DNA from: Felis catus
Taxonomy: Eukaryota
Assembly (NCBI RefSeq): GCF_018350175.1
Contig: NC_058368.1
Location: 144,772,001-144,836,000, forward strand
Reading direction: 5' to 3'
DNA length: 64,000 bases
Made by a program: the position numbers and the translations under genes. This document shows, in pieces, positions 26,736 through 39,927 of the stretch (position 1 is the first letter of the stretch; each line of letters begins with the position of its first letter). The notes beneath the pieces were generated by a model, which ran no database searches, was not told the DNA's origin, and worked only from the letters and a program-made list of their open reading frames with translations.

Positions 26736-28318
26736 AACTTTTTTCTTATTAGAAAAATAGATATTTGACATGGAAAATTTGGTAAACATAAAAATACATA
26801 AATGATAAAAATGGAATCTGATTACCCAGAGTAAATATTATTAGTAATCCCATTACCCATATTAATAATCACTAATGTTTAGGTGAATTTTATTCCCATT
26901 TTATGTATGTGTATGTATTTACATAAAATTATCACACTGTATTTACAGTTTCATGTTATAATTTTAAAAACTGGCATTATCTGACAAGTATTTTCTAATC
27001 CCATTATTACTATATGTGCTTTTGAAAACAAGATACTAATTAATGCCTTGTAAACCATTAAGGAGATACACCATAACTTTTTTTAATCTTCAGTCTCTGG
27101 CTTTTATAACTGAGTTAACATGGACAAACTGCATCATGTTATCAGTAGCTTTATTGCCTTTTTCAGAAATTTTGTTTTTTCAGGAAGAGCAAGAAGGTGG
27201 CTGAGGCACTTTTTGGTGACACTACAAGGGAACAGATTTCCTTATGGGAAAAGATTTGAAGCTTAGGTCCTGAGGATTTCACTTTGTACAAGTATTGGTA
27301 AACTCAGGAATCTATTGTTAGATTTTGGCTAATAAACACTTGCCCCACATATCCCTGATACGTAACACTATCTTCTTGGACTCATGGGCAACCTCAGGCC
27401 TCTTAGTTTAGCACTGTATTATTGACTATAGAGAACATCTGTTTCTACATCTTCACCAACTACCTCATGTGCAAAAATAATCAATAATCCATAATTCATT
27501 TTACATCACTTACCTTACGAATGCAAGTGAGTATTTTCACAGTAACACTCAAGTTAACTCGACAGTGGTTAACCAAATTTAAACCATCCATTCTCAAGCC
27601 CACAATTCTGGAGAGTTTAAACGAGTTCCAAACACTGTCTTCTGTTAGAACAGTTAACTTAGTTATGTATGAGGGCCCAATGTCTCAAAAACATACGTAA
27701 GGGGGACTTGCACTTTGTGTCATGAAAAAGTAGGTCAGATTGGAATTACACCCTGCAAAAACAACTAGAAAACTGAACCAACTATTTTCACACTAGGATA
27801 GCAGACAATGTAGAAATGCCACCACTAAGAAGAGGGAAACAGATAAGAGGAACACTTGAATTTCTGGGCTCTCAGCCAGAAGGTAAGTCCCAGACTATGG
27901 CCAAGGAGGGGAAACTGAACCTTCCTGAAATGAGGAGGCAGAAATCAAGAAGACCAACGTTCCTGGGATTTGTGGGCATTCCCAGAAAAAAATGTAACTA
28001 CAAAAGGAAAGAATTCCAAAAATCTGCACACAGTCCTGTTAAGTGTTTGGGATGACACCAGTCTGACGTTTACAAGGTGGACGTTTACAAGGCCAGACAT
28101 GAGCACCTTTTGAGGCAAAAATGATTCCTGGGGAGTGTAACATGAGCAGTCCCGAGAACTTATGCAGACCTGAGAGTCTGGTGTTCCCACCAGCCAGACC
28201 TTATTGAATACACAACATATGCAGAGACCACAGAAGACTTCAACTTGGAAGAGGGACTAAATTAGCCCTAGTCAAGGCTAGGATTTACTTTCCTTGGGAT
28301 CAGAAATCTGTGCTTTTA

Positions 28319-28560
28319 GGGGTGCCTGGGTGGCTTAGTCAGCTAAGCGTCCGACTCTTCATGTTGGCTCAAGTCATGATCTCACGGTTCATGACACAGA
28401 GGCCCTTGTTGGGCTCTGTGCTGACAGCATGCAGCATGGAGCCTGCTTAGGTTTCTCCGCACCCTCCCACCCCCCGCCCCACTCTCTCTGGTCCTCACCC
28501 ACCTCTCGAGCATGCGTGCATGCTCTCTTTCTTTCTCTCAAAAAAATAAACATTTAAAAA
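28319..28560 (+). mobile_element. CanSINE (SINEC)
   Basis: TSD agaaat(c/a)tgtgcttt at 28302-28316 and 28561-28575. Confidence 0.9.
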
Positions 28561-28899
28561 AGAAATATGTGCTTTAAACTCACCGGTTTTTCTTTTCTTA
28601 GCTTTTAATCAAATTTCCTTTGGAAATTCTACCTTTTCTCATAGAATAGGAGGGAAAGGATAAAAGAAAAGGAGTTGTTATCCATGTTTGGGCTGAATAT
28701 AAGGTAGAGTGCTAGCCTGTAGTAGAGAGGCTGAGAAAGTAACATCACGATCGTTGCTGACAGAGCTGACTTTTAACACAAAGATTTCCTTTCTGATTTC
28801 AAGTGTTTTGTATTCTGTTCATATGGATACTGGGGGAAAGTGACTAACTCAGGGTAAAACCATCACCATTAGGTATGGTTACTGTCAAATAGTTCTGTT

Positions 28900-29296
28900 G
28901 AACAGGAATATGGGTTGAATCCAGTACCTTATAATGTGACCTTATTTTGGAAATAGGGTGGTTCAGATGTAACTGCTTAAGGTGGGGTCATACCAGAGTA
29001 GGGTGGGCTCCTAGTCCAATGTGACTGATGTCCTTCTAAAAAGGAGGGACTTGGACACAGACCCTCAGAACACTATGTGAACATGAAGGCAGAGATCAGG
29101 ATGATGTGGCAGAAGCCAAGGCAAATCACCAGAAGAAAGCACTGAGACACACTCTCTCACACAGCCCCCAGAAAGAATCAACCCTACAGACTCCTTGATT
29201 TAGCACGTCTATCCTCTAGAGATGTGAGACAATAAATATCTGTTGTTTAAGCGATCTGGTCTGTGGTATTCTGCTATGCCCTAACAAACAAATATA
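28900..29296 (+). mobile_element. MaLR LTR (MLT1B/C-like)
   Basis: aatgtgaccttattttggaaataggg..gtgagacaataaatatctgttgtttaagc; resembles 3225-3681. Confidence 0.78.
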
Positions 29297-29896
29297 AGTC
29301 CCTATATGTCTTTTGTGCCCAAAGATCAAAGGGACTGCTACAAACCAACCTAGAAGTTGCAAAACGGGATCCAGTAAACCCTTTGCTACTGGTTCAATCA
29401 GAACAGAAAATTCAAAAGCCCCTGAGAATGCTGCATTCACAACTATGGTAAAGAAAATAAAACCGAGTGGATGAAGAAGAAAAATCTAAACTTCCTTTCT
29501 CACTTCAGTTATTCTACCTTTCAAAAACTAGTTAATTATGGGGCTAGTTTCCACTAGAGGGTGCAGAGATGGAGAAAAAGCAGAGTCAGTATAATTAAGA
29601 AATAAGACCCATGGCTTGTAAAGAACCAAGAGAGTACCCTTCTCCCTTATATGTTTACTTCCTATGTATCCTTCTATATAAAAATAGTGTGTCGCATCAC
29701 ATTTAATTTTAGTAGCACAGTCGACTAGGAAACTCAAGGTCCTTATTATTTACCTGTGACACTGACTCCAGGTTCAAGCACCTTCTGAAATTCAGAACCT
29801 CATGAACTCCAAATTATGCCAGGCCTCCTGCTCTGCCCTCTGTACACAATGAAAAGAGAGCACCAATAGGCAGAAGTAAGAAAAGAGGTCTCTTAC

Positions 29897-29957
29897 CTCC
29901 ATGCTTGTGCTGAATGCTCTGGTAACTTTCGCTTTGATGGTTATCACTTGTCCAACT
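29897..29957 (-). CDS. ACOT12: ACOT12 exon 3
   Basis: acceptor ttttaactag|; VGQVITIKAKVTRAFSTSME; donor GAG|gtaaga. Confidence 0.95.
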
Positions 29958-32600
29958 CTAGTTAAAAAAAGAGGGAGGGACCTTAGTAATCCTAGTACCT
30001 CTCATTTCAGACCTAAAGATTCACTTAAATGCATGTGCAATCACTCCTTATCACGCTGATAATGATTATGCATGAAACTTCAGGTTAATGATAACATAAA
30101 AAGACAGTTCTACAAACAGATGCCAGTCATTGTAAACCACACATATGTTGGTTGCCTACTTCTATTCAAACAGAAAGAGGCCTTTGCAAAGTTGGTGTGC
30201 AAAAGGACTTCCACAATCTGCAAAGGATACTTTGAGTGTCTCACAGCTGCTTCCTTAAGAGAAGTTAAAATAGACAAGCAAACCAAACAAATGACATTTC
30301 TTTTTTAAATGTCTGTTAACAAACACATGGAGAAACATGCAAACTGATCAACTTCACCAGGTTTACATGGACCCTCCATTCACTCTTCATGATTATGGGG
30401 ATTCTGGTCATATAGTCCAAAGTTGTTCCAAATCTTCTGTGTTCAGTCCCCTCAGTTACCACTGATCCTTTAACCTTAGCAGAAGGTAAGGGTCTTCCTA
30501 ATGCAATCCTCTTCAATTTTTCTCAATGACTTTCAAACTTGAACTATATCCTCCTTACTTTTCTGTTTCAGAGGAAGAACGTTAGATCTCTTTCAGAACC
30601 TCTTTCTGTACCTGTGCCCTTGTTACCTCTTCTCAGCCACCATGGCCAGCTTAGTCAGCTCTTTTCTCTTTCGTACCCTCATCCTCTGCCCCTTCCCTGA
30701 CTCTCCTTACTAGTCTATGAAAATGTCCAAGGCTACTTCTTTCTAAAAACGTTTCTCTCAAGCCGATTCTATCTCAAATTTTTTCTCTTCTTCTCCATAT
30801 TCAAACTTCCTAAAATACTCATTTCTTTTTCTAACTCACAGATTTAAAATAAAATACAATAATAAAATTAGAGTCAATCCTCTGGAAAAAAAATAAAGCT
30901 TACACAAATCAGGGAAAGAAAAAGAAATGTTTACTGAAATGTTTAAGAAATGTTTACAACTAGTCCTGGCATTAAGCTAAGACTTCAGGATACCGTGATG
31001 AACAAGATGAGGCTCCTGACTTCAAGGAGACCAGTCTTCACTTAGGTCACCAGGATGTAAACAGATGAAGTGCAGTGCCATGAAATTTTTCAAAAGAAAA
31101 GATTGAGTATTACAAAGATAACCATAAGAAGAAGCTAATTCAGAAAGCTGGGAAAGGAGTCACAGAAGAGGTGACGTTTGAGATGGGTGTTCAAAGATGA
31201 GGATTTTGCCAGGTGCAGAGGTTTGAGGCCTTCGTTTCCCATTTACTTCTCAGCCACTTGAACCTGGCTATTGCCTCCACATCTCACTTCCGGCCTGTCA
31301 TTTCCTAAAAGCTAAATCCAACATCTCACCTCTTTAATGTCTTTCTTCAGGAGGATTTCTCTTCCCTTGGATTCCAGACCAGTGTTCTCTTCTCTATCTC
31401 AGCTTCCTTCACTGGTTTCTCTTTCTTAATCCATCCCTTCAGGGTCAACATCTCCTAAATTTCTGTCCTTTATCCTATTCTCTTCTCACTACACCCTCTT
31501 CTTAGAAGACCTTGTTCTTGTCCATGATTCCGTCATCTCTATTAAAATGATTCTCTAATCTCCATCTTTAGCCTGGACATCATTCTTGAAACTCAGAGCC
31601 ATATTTCCAAATTCTCTCAACAGATTCAACTAATAGTTATGGAGGCTCTACTAGACTTAGTGTTAACAACCTCCACACACATTCCCAATTTAACTTAATC
31701 TTCACATCCAGCATATGCAACCAAACCATTTTTCTTTTTTCTTATATTTGTTCCTTTTAAAGTTCCTAGCTCTGTTTGGTAAAGTTCCTAGAAGAGATTT
31801 GCAGTAATAGTGCCAGGCAGAGTTAGAGTCCCTCTCCAAAGCTACTATGATACTTTGTACTCATCAACTACTAAAATGTTACGCTTCTCTGTCTCTCAGA
31901 CTTGGAGTTGGGGTGGGGGGGGGGGGTGGGCAGAGCAGAAGCCATTTTTCTTGTTTTGTGAACCTGTCCTGCCTTTAAAAGTAGGAGAATTCCAAGAACC
32001 TGATTCTCCACACCAATCTCCCGATATTGAATGTCAAATGAATGGAATAACTGAAATCTCAACTAAATAAAACCAATTTCATAGCATGGCATTCAAGGTC
32101 TTCTGTTATGTAGCTCCAGTCCACTGCTGGGCATCACCTCTCTGCAGACCAGGCTCTTCCTGAACACTCTCTGCTCCTTCCCATCTTGGTGCTTAGGTTC
32201 TTACAAGTGCCTCATTGTGTGAAGTCCTTTTCCTATTCACCAGAAAAAAGTCTATGCCTCAGTTAAGGCACACATCAAATGCTCCTCTAGGGTAAAACTC
32301 TCATTGATTTTCTAATCAAAATGTGCACCTTTTAAACTACCCCACAGAACAGAGTTTGTATCTCACCCAAGGGCTGCATCCTAGCATGCTTTCTATTCTG
32401 ATGATTATGTGTTTGTCTGACTCTCACCAGACTGAGTGACCACTCCACTTCAAAATTGTGCCATAATCAAATATTTATGTATCTTACTGAGTCCATTGCA
32501 GTATTTTTTGTATAGGCAATAAATACTGAAGAATTTAACTTAAATTAATTTAATTACTTAATTAATATCTGATATGGTTTATGAACAAATACATGGTTTT

Positions 32601-35600
32601 GTTTAACTTTTTTTAAATATGAAATTTATTGTCAACTTGGTTTCCATACAACACCCAGTACTCATTCCAACAGGTGCCCTCCTCAAAACCCACCACCCAC
32701 CCTCCCCTCCCTTCCACCCCCATCAACCCTCAGTTTGTTCTCAGTTTTTAAGAGTCTCTTATGTTTTGGCTCCCTTCCTCTCTCTTTTTTTTTTCCTTCC
32801 ACTCCCCCATGGTCTTCTGTTAAGTTTCTCAGGATCCACCTAAGAGTGAAAACATATGTTTTCTGTCTTTCTCTCTATGACTTATTTCACTTAGCATAAC
32901 ACTCTCCAGTTCCATCCACGTTGCTACAAATGGCCAGATTTCATTCTTTCTCATTGCCAAGTAGTATTCCATTGTGTATATAAACCACAATTTCTTTATC
33001 CATTGATCAGTTGATGGACATTTAGGTTCTTTCCATAATTTGGCTATTGTTGAGAGTGCTGCTGTAAACATTGGGGTACAAGTGCCCCTATGCATCAGCA
33101 TTCCTGTATCCCTTGGGCAAATTCTTAGCAGTGCTATTGCTGGGTCATAGGGTAGGTCTATTTTTAATTTTTTGAGGAACCTCCACACTGTTTTCCAGAG
33201 TGGCTGCACCAATTTGCATTCCCACCACCAGTGCAAGAGGGTTCCCATTTCTCCATATCCTCTTCAGCATCTAGAGTCTCCCGATTTGTTCATTTTGGCC
33301 ACTCTGACTGGCATGAGATGGTATCTGAGTGTGGTTTTGATTTGTGTTTCCCTGATGAAGAGCGACGTTGAGCATGTTTTCATGTGCCTGTTGGCCATCT
33401 AGATGTCTTCTTTAGAGAAGTGTCTATTCATGTTTTCTGCCCATTTTTTCACTGGATTATTTGTTTTTCGGGTGTGGAGTTTGGTGAGCTCTTCATACAT
33501 TTTGGATACTAGCCCTTTGTCCGATATGTCATTTGCAAATATCTTTTCCCATTCCATTGGTTGCCTTTTAGTTTTGTTGATTGTTTCCTTGGCAGTGCAG
33601 AAGCTTTTTATCTTCATGAGGTCCCGATAGTTCATTTTTGTTTTTAATTCCCTTGCCTTTGGAGATGTGTCAAGTAAGAAATTGCTGCAGCTGAGGTCAG
33701 AGAGGTCTTTTCCTGCTTTCTCCTCTAGGGTTTTGATGGTTTCCTGTCTCACATTCAGGTCCTTTATCCATTTGGAGTTTATTTTTGTGAATGGTATAAG
33801 AAAGTGGTCTAGTTTCATCCTTCTGCATGTTGCTGTCCAGTTCTCCCAGCACCATTTGTTAAAGAGACTGTCTTTTTTCCATTGGATAGTCTTTCCTGCT
33901 TTGTCAAACATAAGTTGGCCACACTTTTGTGGGTCTAGTTCTGGGGTTTCTATTCTATCCATTGGTCTATGTGTCTGTTTTTGTGCCAATACCATGCTGT
34001 CTTGATGATGACAGCTTTGTAGTAGAGGCTAAAGTCTGGGATTGTGATGCCTCCTGCTTTGGTCTTCTTCAAAATTACTTTGGCTATCAGGGTCTTTTGT
34101 GGTTCCATACAAATTTTAGGATTTCTTGTTGTAGCTTCGAGAAGAATGCTGGTGCAATTTTGATTGGGATTGCATTGAATGTGTAGATAGCTTTGGGTAG
34201 TATTGACATTTTGACAATATTTATTTTTCCGACACACGAGCACGGAATGTTTTTCCATTTCTTTACATCTTCTTCAATTTCCTTCATAAGCTTTCTATAG
34301 TCTTCAGCATACGGATCTTTTACACCTTTGGCTAGATTTATTCCTAGGTATTTTATGCTCCTTGGTGCAATTGTGAATGGGATCAGTTTCTTTATTTGTC
34401 TTTCTGTTGCTTCATTATTAGTGTATAAGAATGCAACTGATTTCTGTACATTGATTTTGTATCCTGCGACTTTGCTGAAGTCATTTATCAGTTCTAGCAG
34501 ACTTTTGGTGGAGTCTACCGGGTTCTCCATGCATAATATCATGACATCTGCAAAAAGTGAACGCTTGACATCATCATTGCCAATTTTGATGCCTTTGATT
34601 TCCTTTTGTTGTCTGATTGCTGATGCTAGCACTTCCAACACTATGTTAAACAACAGCGGTGAGAGTGGACATCCCTGTCATGTTCCTGATCTCAGGGGGA
34701 AAGCTCTCAGTTTTTCCCCATTGAGGATGATATTAGCTGTGGGCTTTTCATAAATGGCTTTTATGATGTTTAAGTATGTTCCTTCTATCCCGACTTTCTC
34801 GAGGGTTATTATTAAGAAAGGATGCTGAATTTTGTCAAATGCTTTTTCTGCATCGATTGACAGGATCATATGGTTCTTTTCTTTTATTAATGTATCACAT
34901 TGATTGATTTGCAAATGTTGAACCAGCCCTGCATCTGTCTGGGCTACTTGCACACTGCCAGGCTTATGGTGCTGCTTTGATGGGATCTGGAGTATTAGCC
35001 AGGGTGGATCTTCAAGGTGCACAGGGGTGGGAGGGGCAGACTCAGCTCGCTTTGCCTTTGGTGGTCCACTTCAGGAGGGGCCCTGTGGCACTGGGAGGTA
35101 GGCAGATCTGTCGGAGGGATGGATCCACAGAAGCACAGCGCTGGGTGTTTGCGCAGTGCAAACAAGTTCCATGAGGGGAACTGGTTTGGCTGGGGGATGG
35201 GCGAGGGAGATGGCACTGGCCAGCACCTTTGTTCCCCACCAAGCTGAGCTCTGTCTTCCAGGGCTCAACACCTCTCCCTCCCAGTGTCCTCTCGCCCTCC
35301 CACTCTCCAAGCAGAGCTGTTGACTTTTAACATTTCAGATGTTAAGTCCCGCTGGCTGTCAGAACTCACGCAGTCCGGCCCCTCAGCTTTTGCAAGTCAG
35401 ACTCGGGGACTCTGCCTTGCCGGGCAGGCTGCCCTCCACTGCCCCGGCTCCATCCCACCAGTCCGTGTAGCGCGCATCTCCTTGCCGCCCTTCTTACCCT
35501 CTTCTGTGGGCCTCTTATCTACGCTTGGCTCCAGAGAGTCCTTTTGCCTAGTCTTCTGGCGGTTTTCTGGGTTATTTAGGCAGATGTGGGTGGAATCTAA

Positions 35601-35662
35601 GTGATCAGCAGGACGTGGTGAGCCCAGTGTCCTTGTACGCCACCATCTTCTCCCAATCCATC
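32601..35662 (-). mobile_element. Felid L1 with 5'UTR joined directly to mid-ORF2 (ORF1 and endonuclease region absent); inactive
   Basis: ORF2 RT and C-terminal peptides in ORFs 34087..34653, 33399..33995 and 32829..33248 (FADD mutated to FADV, frameshifts); GC-rich 5'UTR at 34935-35655 beginning GGGAGAAGATGGTGGCG; TSD aata(c/t)atggtttt at 32588-32600 and 35663-35675. Confidence 0.9.
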
Positions 35663-36727
35663 AATATATGGTTTTCTGTAGGTAGCTTTCAATTTTCTCT
35701 TTTTATGATTCAGGTCCCATGTAAAAAATAGAAGAAGGCCCCTTTCCATGATGTTAGTGGCCACAAATCCTTTTTGATAACACCAACACAAAATGGCATA
35801 AAAAAACTAACCCATATTTCAGTGATGAGATTGCTAGTTAAGTGTAAGTTACAGAATTTAAGTGTGGAAAGTACGTGATAGATACTTTATTACAATACAC
35901 TTTTGGAACTCCTAAATTAATAATGGCACTTCATCTAGTCTTAAGTAAGTTTGGGTTTATAGTAATTTGTAATTTTGCTGATATACAAACACCTATCAAT
36001 TTTTTCTACTTCAAGGAAAATCACACAGCTAGTATGTGAGCTTAGTCAGTGGGTCTCTATCTGCATCTACAAGACTCTAGAATGTCTAGAGCTCTTTCAG
36101 TGACACTGCAGCTGCCTGTGAGAACAACCATTGAGAAGTGTTCAGTAAAAGTTGCTGATCACAAAAGCAGAAGCAGTGGGTTGGGAAAAGCACTGGATTA
36201 AGCATAAGAAATCCAGACTCTAAGCACCCTCTGTCTCCTGGCTTGCTTGGGGAATTAGGCCTCAGTTTCTTGTTGTTACAAAGAGAAAGCTGGGCTGACC
36301 TATAAAGGTCTCTCCATGTCTATGATTCTAATTTCTACCAAAAATTTCTTCTGTATCAGCTTTGAAGAAGTGATTTTTTAATGCATGTGGTTTCATTTAA
36401 CTTAATTTTGCTTGTATCTAAATAAATAAATGCCAAACAGGTAAATGTAAACAGTAAGGTTGGGGAGATAAACTGAGTATCTCATTGGACAAGACTAATT
36501 AGGGCTTGAAAACAATGCCAACTACCCCCATGGTCCTTGAGAACCATCCAAGACCGGAAACAGATGACTTTCTCTCTTCCTTTTCCTTTTAAGTTATGTT
36601 CATGTCTTCAAGGATCAAGATATTCAGGGAAAAACAAAAACAAAACCAGAGATACAAACATAAAAACATATAATCCTCCTTAAAAAAAACATATAACGCT
36701 AATTTATTACAGTTATTAGTATAAACT

Positions 36728-36945
36728 ATTTATTTTTTAAATGTTTACATTTATTTATTTTGAGACACAGAGAGAGACAGCACGAGAGGGACAGATGGGG
36801 AGAGGGAGAGAGAAAGAATCCCAAGCAGGCTCCCTGCTGTCAGCATAGAGCCTCATGTGGGGCTCGACCCCACAAACGAGAAGATCATGACCTGAACCGA
36901 AATCCAGAGTCAGACACTCAACCAACTGAGCCGCCCAGACACCCC
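36728..36945 (-). mobile_element. CanSINE (SINEC)
   Basis: SINE body; TSD tagtataaact. Confidence 0.9.
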
Positions 36946-38141
36946 TAGTATAAACTCTTTAAAAAACAAATAATTCTTAATTCTGTCCACTGGAAAAAAA
37001 TCTAGAAACAATGACCAACCCTATATAAATGAGCACATTTTCTGCCCAAATTGTGATCTCTACTTACAATTTCTTTTGAAGAAATGTATGACTAAGTTTT
37101 TGTAAGGAAATGTAAAAGATGAGCCCATCTTGTCAGAATTGAAATGCATCAAATATGTTAAAATCCATGGGCTTACGATGACACTAAATAAAGAGAAAGA
37201 ATTAAGCTTGTCTTTCCTAGACAAACTTTACTTAAGGGTAACCAAGTAATTAATGAGATAACGAGTCTCTCTACACAAATACTTCAGAAAATAAATGAAG
37301 AACAAATGATAGTATTAGCACATTACCATTCTGCCAATATGTAATGAAATAATGGTTCTAAGTAATGGTCATTAGACATTACGCGCTCTTGACAAGAACT
37401 AATTTTACCAAAATATCAAACCTTCATCTGACCAATTTTTAGATGTAACTATCATTGTATAAGAAATACAAAGGGTAGGTGAACAGGTTAAACAGGGATA
37501 CAATGAGCAAATACAAAATGTAAACTCTACAGAACAAATGACCAGGTTTCTTTAAAAAAAAAAAAAAACTAGGAGAAAGGAAAGAAGAGAAATTTTATGT
37601 TAAAAGCCCTATCAACCATATTCAATCCTGATTCAAGAAACCAATTGTTTAATTTTTTAAAAAATATCTTTTGGGGTCATTGGGAATGATTTCTGTTAAT
37701 GGTATTGTTATTATATTATTATGTTTTCTAAAAGAGTCCTTATCATATAGAAATATATAATGAAATATTCATAAATGATGCCTGGGATTTCCTTTCACAA
37801 TAATCTAGGTGTGTGGGGAAGTATGGAGAAGTAGTGATAAAACAAGAGTTTCCATGAGCTTATTATTATTGTAGTTAGGTGATGGTCCTTGGGGATATAC
37901 TGTACTCTTCTATTTTTGTATATGTTTGAAACATTTGTTAATCTTGAAATTTTCTACAATAGGAGATGGCAAAGCACATAAACGCTCTCACACACTAAAT
38001 GTTTTTCATAATTTAACATTTGTATTCACATGAATTAACGTTCACTCAACAACTTAATGATGAAATTCACCATCATAGATACTCTTATTATCATTAATTA
38101 TTCTTCTTGTAGAGGAAGGAGCCATTAAGAATCAGCTTTTA

Positions 38142-39132
38142 CTTCTGCACAGCAAAGGAAACAACCAACAAAACTAAAAGGCAACCAACGGAATGGGAAA
38201 AGATATTCGCAAATGACATATCGGACAAAGGGCTAGTATCCAAAATCTATAAAGAGCTCACCAAACTCCACACCCGAAAAACAAATAACCCAGTGAAGAA
38301 ATGGGCAGAAAACATGAATAGACACTTCTCTAAAGAAGACATCCGGATGGCCAACAGGCACATGAAAAGATCTTCAGCGTCGCTCCTTATCAGGGAAATA
38401 CAAATCAAAACCACACTTAGGTATCACCTCACGCCAGTCAGAGTGGCCAAAATGAACACATCAGGAGACTATAGATGCTGGAGAGGATGTGGAGAAACGG
38501 GAACCCTCTTGCACTGGTGGTGGGAATGCAAATTGGTGCAGCCGCTCTGGAAAGCAGTGTGGAGGTTCCTCAGAAAATTAAAAATAGACCTACCCTATGA
38601 CCCAGCAATAGCACTGCTAGGAATTTATCCAAGGGATACAGGAGTACTGATGCATAGGGCCACTTGTACCCCAATGTTCATAGCAGCACTCTCAACAATA
38701 GCCAAATTATGGAAAGAGCCTAAATGTCCATCAACTGATGAATGGATAAAGAAATTGTGGTTTATATACACAATGGAATATTACGTGGCAATGAGAAAAA
38801 ATGAAATATGGCCTTTTGTAGCAACGTGGATGGAACTGGAGAGTGTGATGCTAAGTGAAATAAGCCATACAGAGAAAGACAGATACCATATGGTTTCACT
38901 CTTATGTGGATCCTGAGAAACTTAACAGGAACCCATGGGGGAGGGGAAGGAAAAAAAAAAAAAAAAAGAGGTTAGAGTGGGAGAGAGCCAAAGCATAAGA
39001 GACTCTTAAAAACTGAGAACAAACTGAGGGTTGATGGGGGGAGGGAGGGAGGAGAGGGTGGGTGATGGGTATTGAGGAGGGCACCTTTAGGGATGAGCAC
39101 TGGGTGTTGTATGGAAACCAATTTGTCAATAA

Positions 39133-39192
<60 letters not shown>

Positions 39193-39305
39193 GAAAAAAA
39201 AAAAGGAATCTACTCCTGAAATCATTGTTCCACTATATGCTAACTGATTTGGATGTATTTTAAAAAATGAAAAATAAAATTAAAAAACAACTGAAAAAAA
39301 AAAAA
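38142..39305 (+). mobile_element. Young 5'-truncated felid L1 (ORF2 C-terminus, 3'UTR, (TA)n/poly-A, 3'-transduced tail)
   Basis: Uninterrupted ORF 38293..38916 ([29 protein letters not shown]..); perfect 15-bp TSD AAGAATCAGCTTTTA. Confidence 0.95.
39138..39188. repeat. (TA)n microsatellite in the L1 tail
   Basis: Direct observation. Confidence 0.95.
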
Positions 39306-39320
39306 AAGAATCAGCTTTTA

Positions 39321-39547
39321 GGGGCACCTGGGTGGGGCAGTCGGTTAAGCGTCCGACTTCAGCCAGGTCACGATCTCGCGGTCCCTGAGTTCGAGCCCCG
39401 CGTCAGGCTCTGGGCTGATCGCTCAGAGCCTTGGCCTGTTTCCGATTCTGTGTCTCCCTCTCTCTCTGCCCCTCCCCCGTTCATGCTCTGTCTCTCTCTG
39501 TCCCCCCAAAAATAAATAAACGTTGAAAAAAAACTTAAAAAAAAAAA
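39321..39547 (+). mobile_element. Young felid CanSINE (CpGs retained)
   Basis: ggggcacctgggtggggcagtcggttaagcgtccgacttcagccaggtcacgatctcgcgg; perfect TSD AAGAATCAGCTTTTA. Confidence 0.95.
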
Positions 39548-39822
39548 AAGAATCAGCTTTTAGAAATCCAGCTCTGGCTCATACCAGAATGCATCTATTT
39601 GGAGAGCTATTTCTCAATAAAATCAGGACTATGAATTTCTGCTTCAAAGTGTTTACTAAAAGTAGGTCCTGCAATTACTATTTTATTGATTTACATTAGG
39701 TCAAATATTTAATTAACAAATTGGATCATTGACTCCAAATAAACAAGCATAAGTAATGCAAATATATGTTTCAAATGAGCCAAAAAGCCCAGGAGAAAGG
39801 TGTGATAGAGCAATACCACTTA

Positions 39823-39927
<105 letters not shown>

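Noticed and set aside
32829..35022. Reverse-transcriptase-like ORFs as a novel RT system
   Set aside because: Ordinary L1 ORF2 fragments with frameshifts and a mutated FADD motif
38127..39562. Three identical direct repeats resembling a CRISPR-like array
   Set aside because: The spacers are an L1 and a SINE and the repeats are target-site duplications; mammalian context
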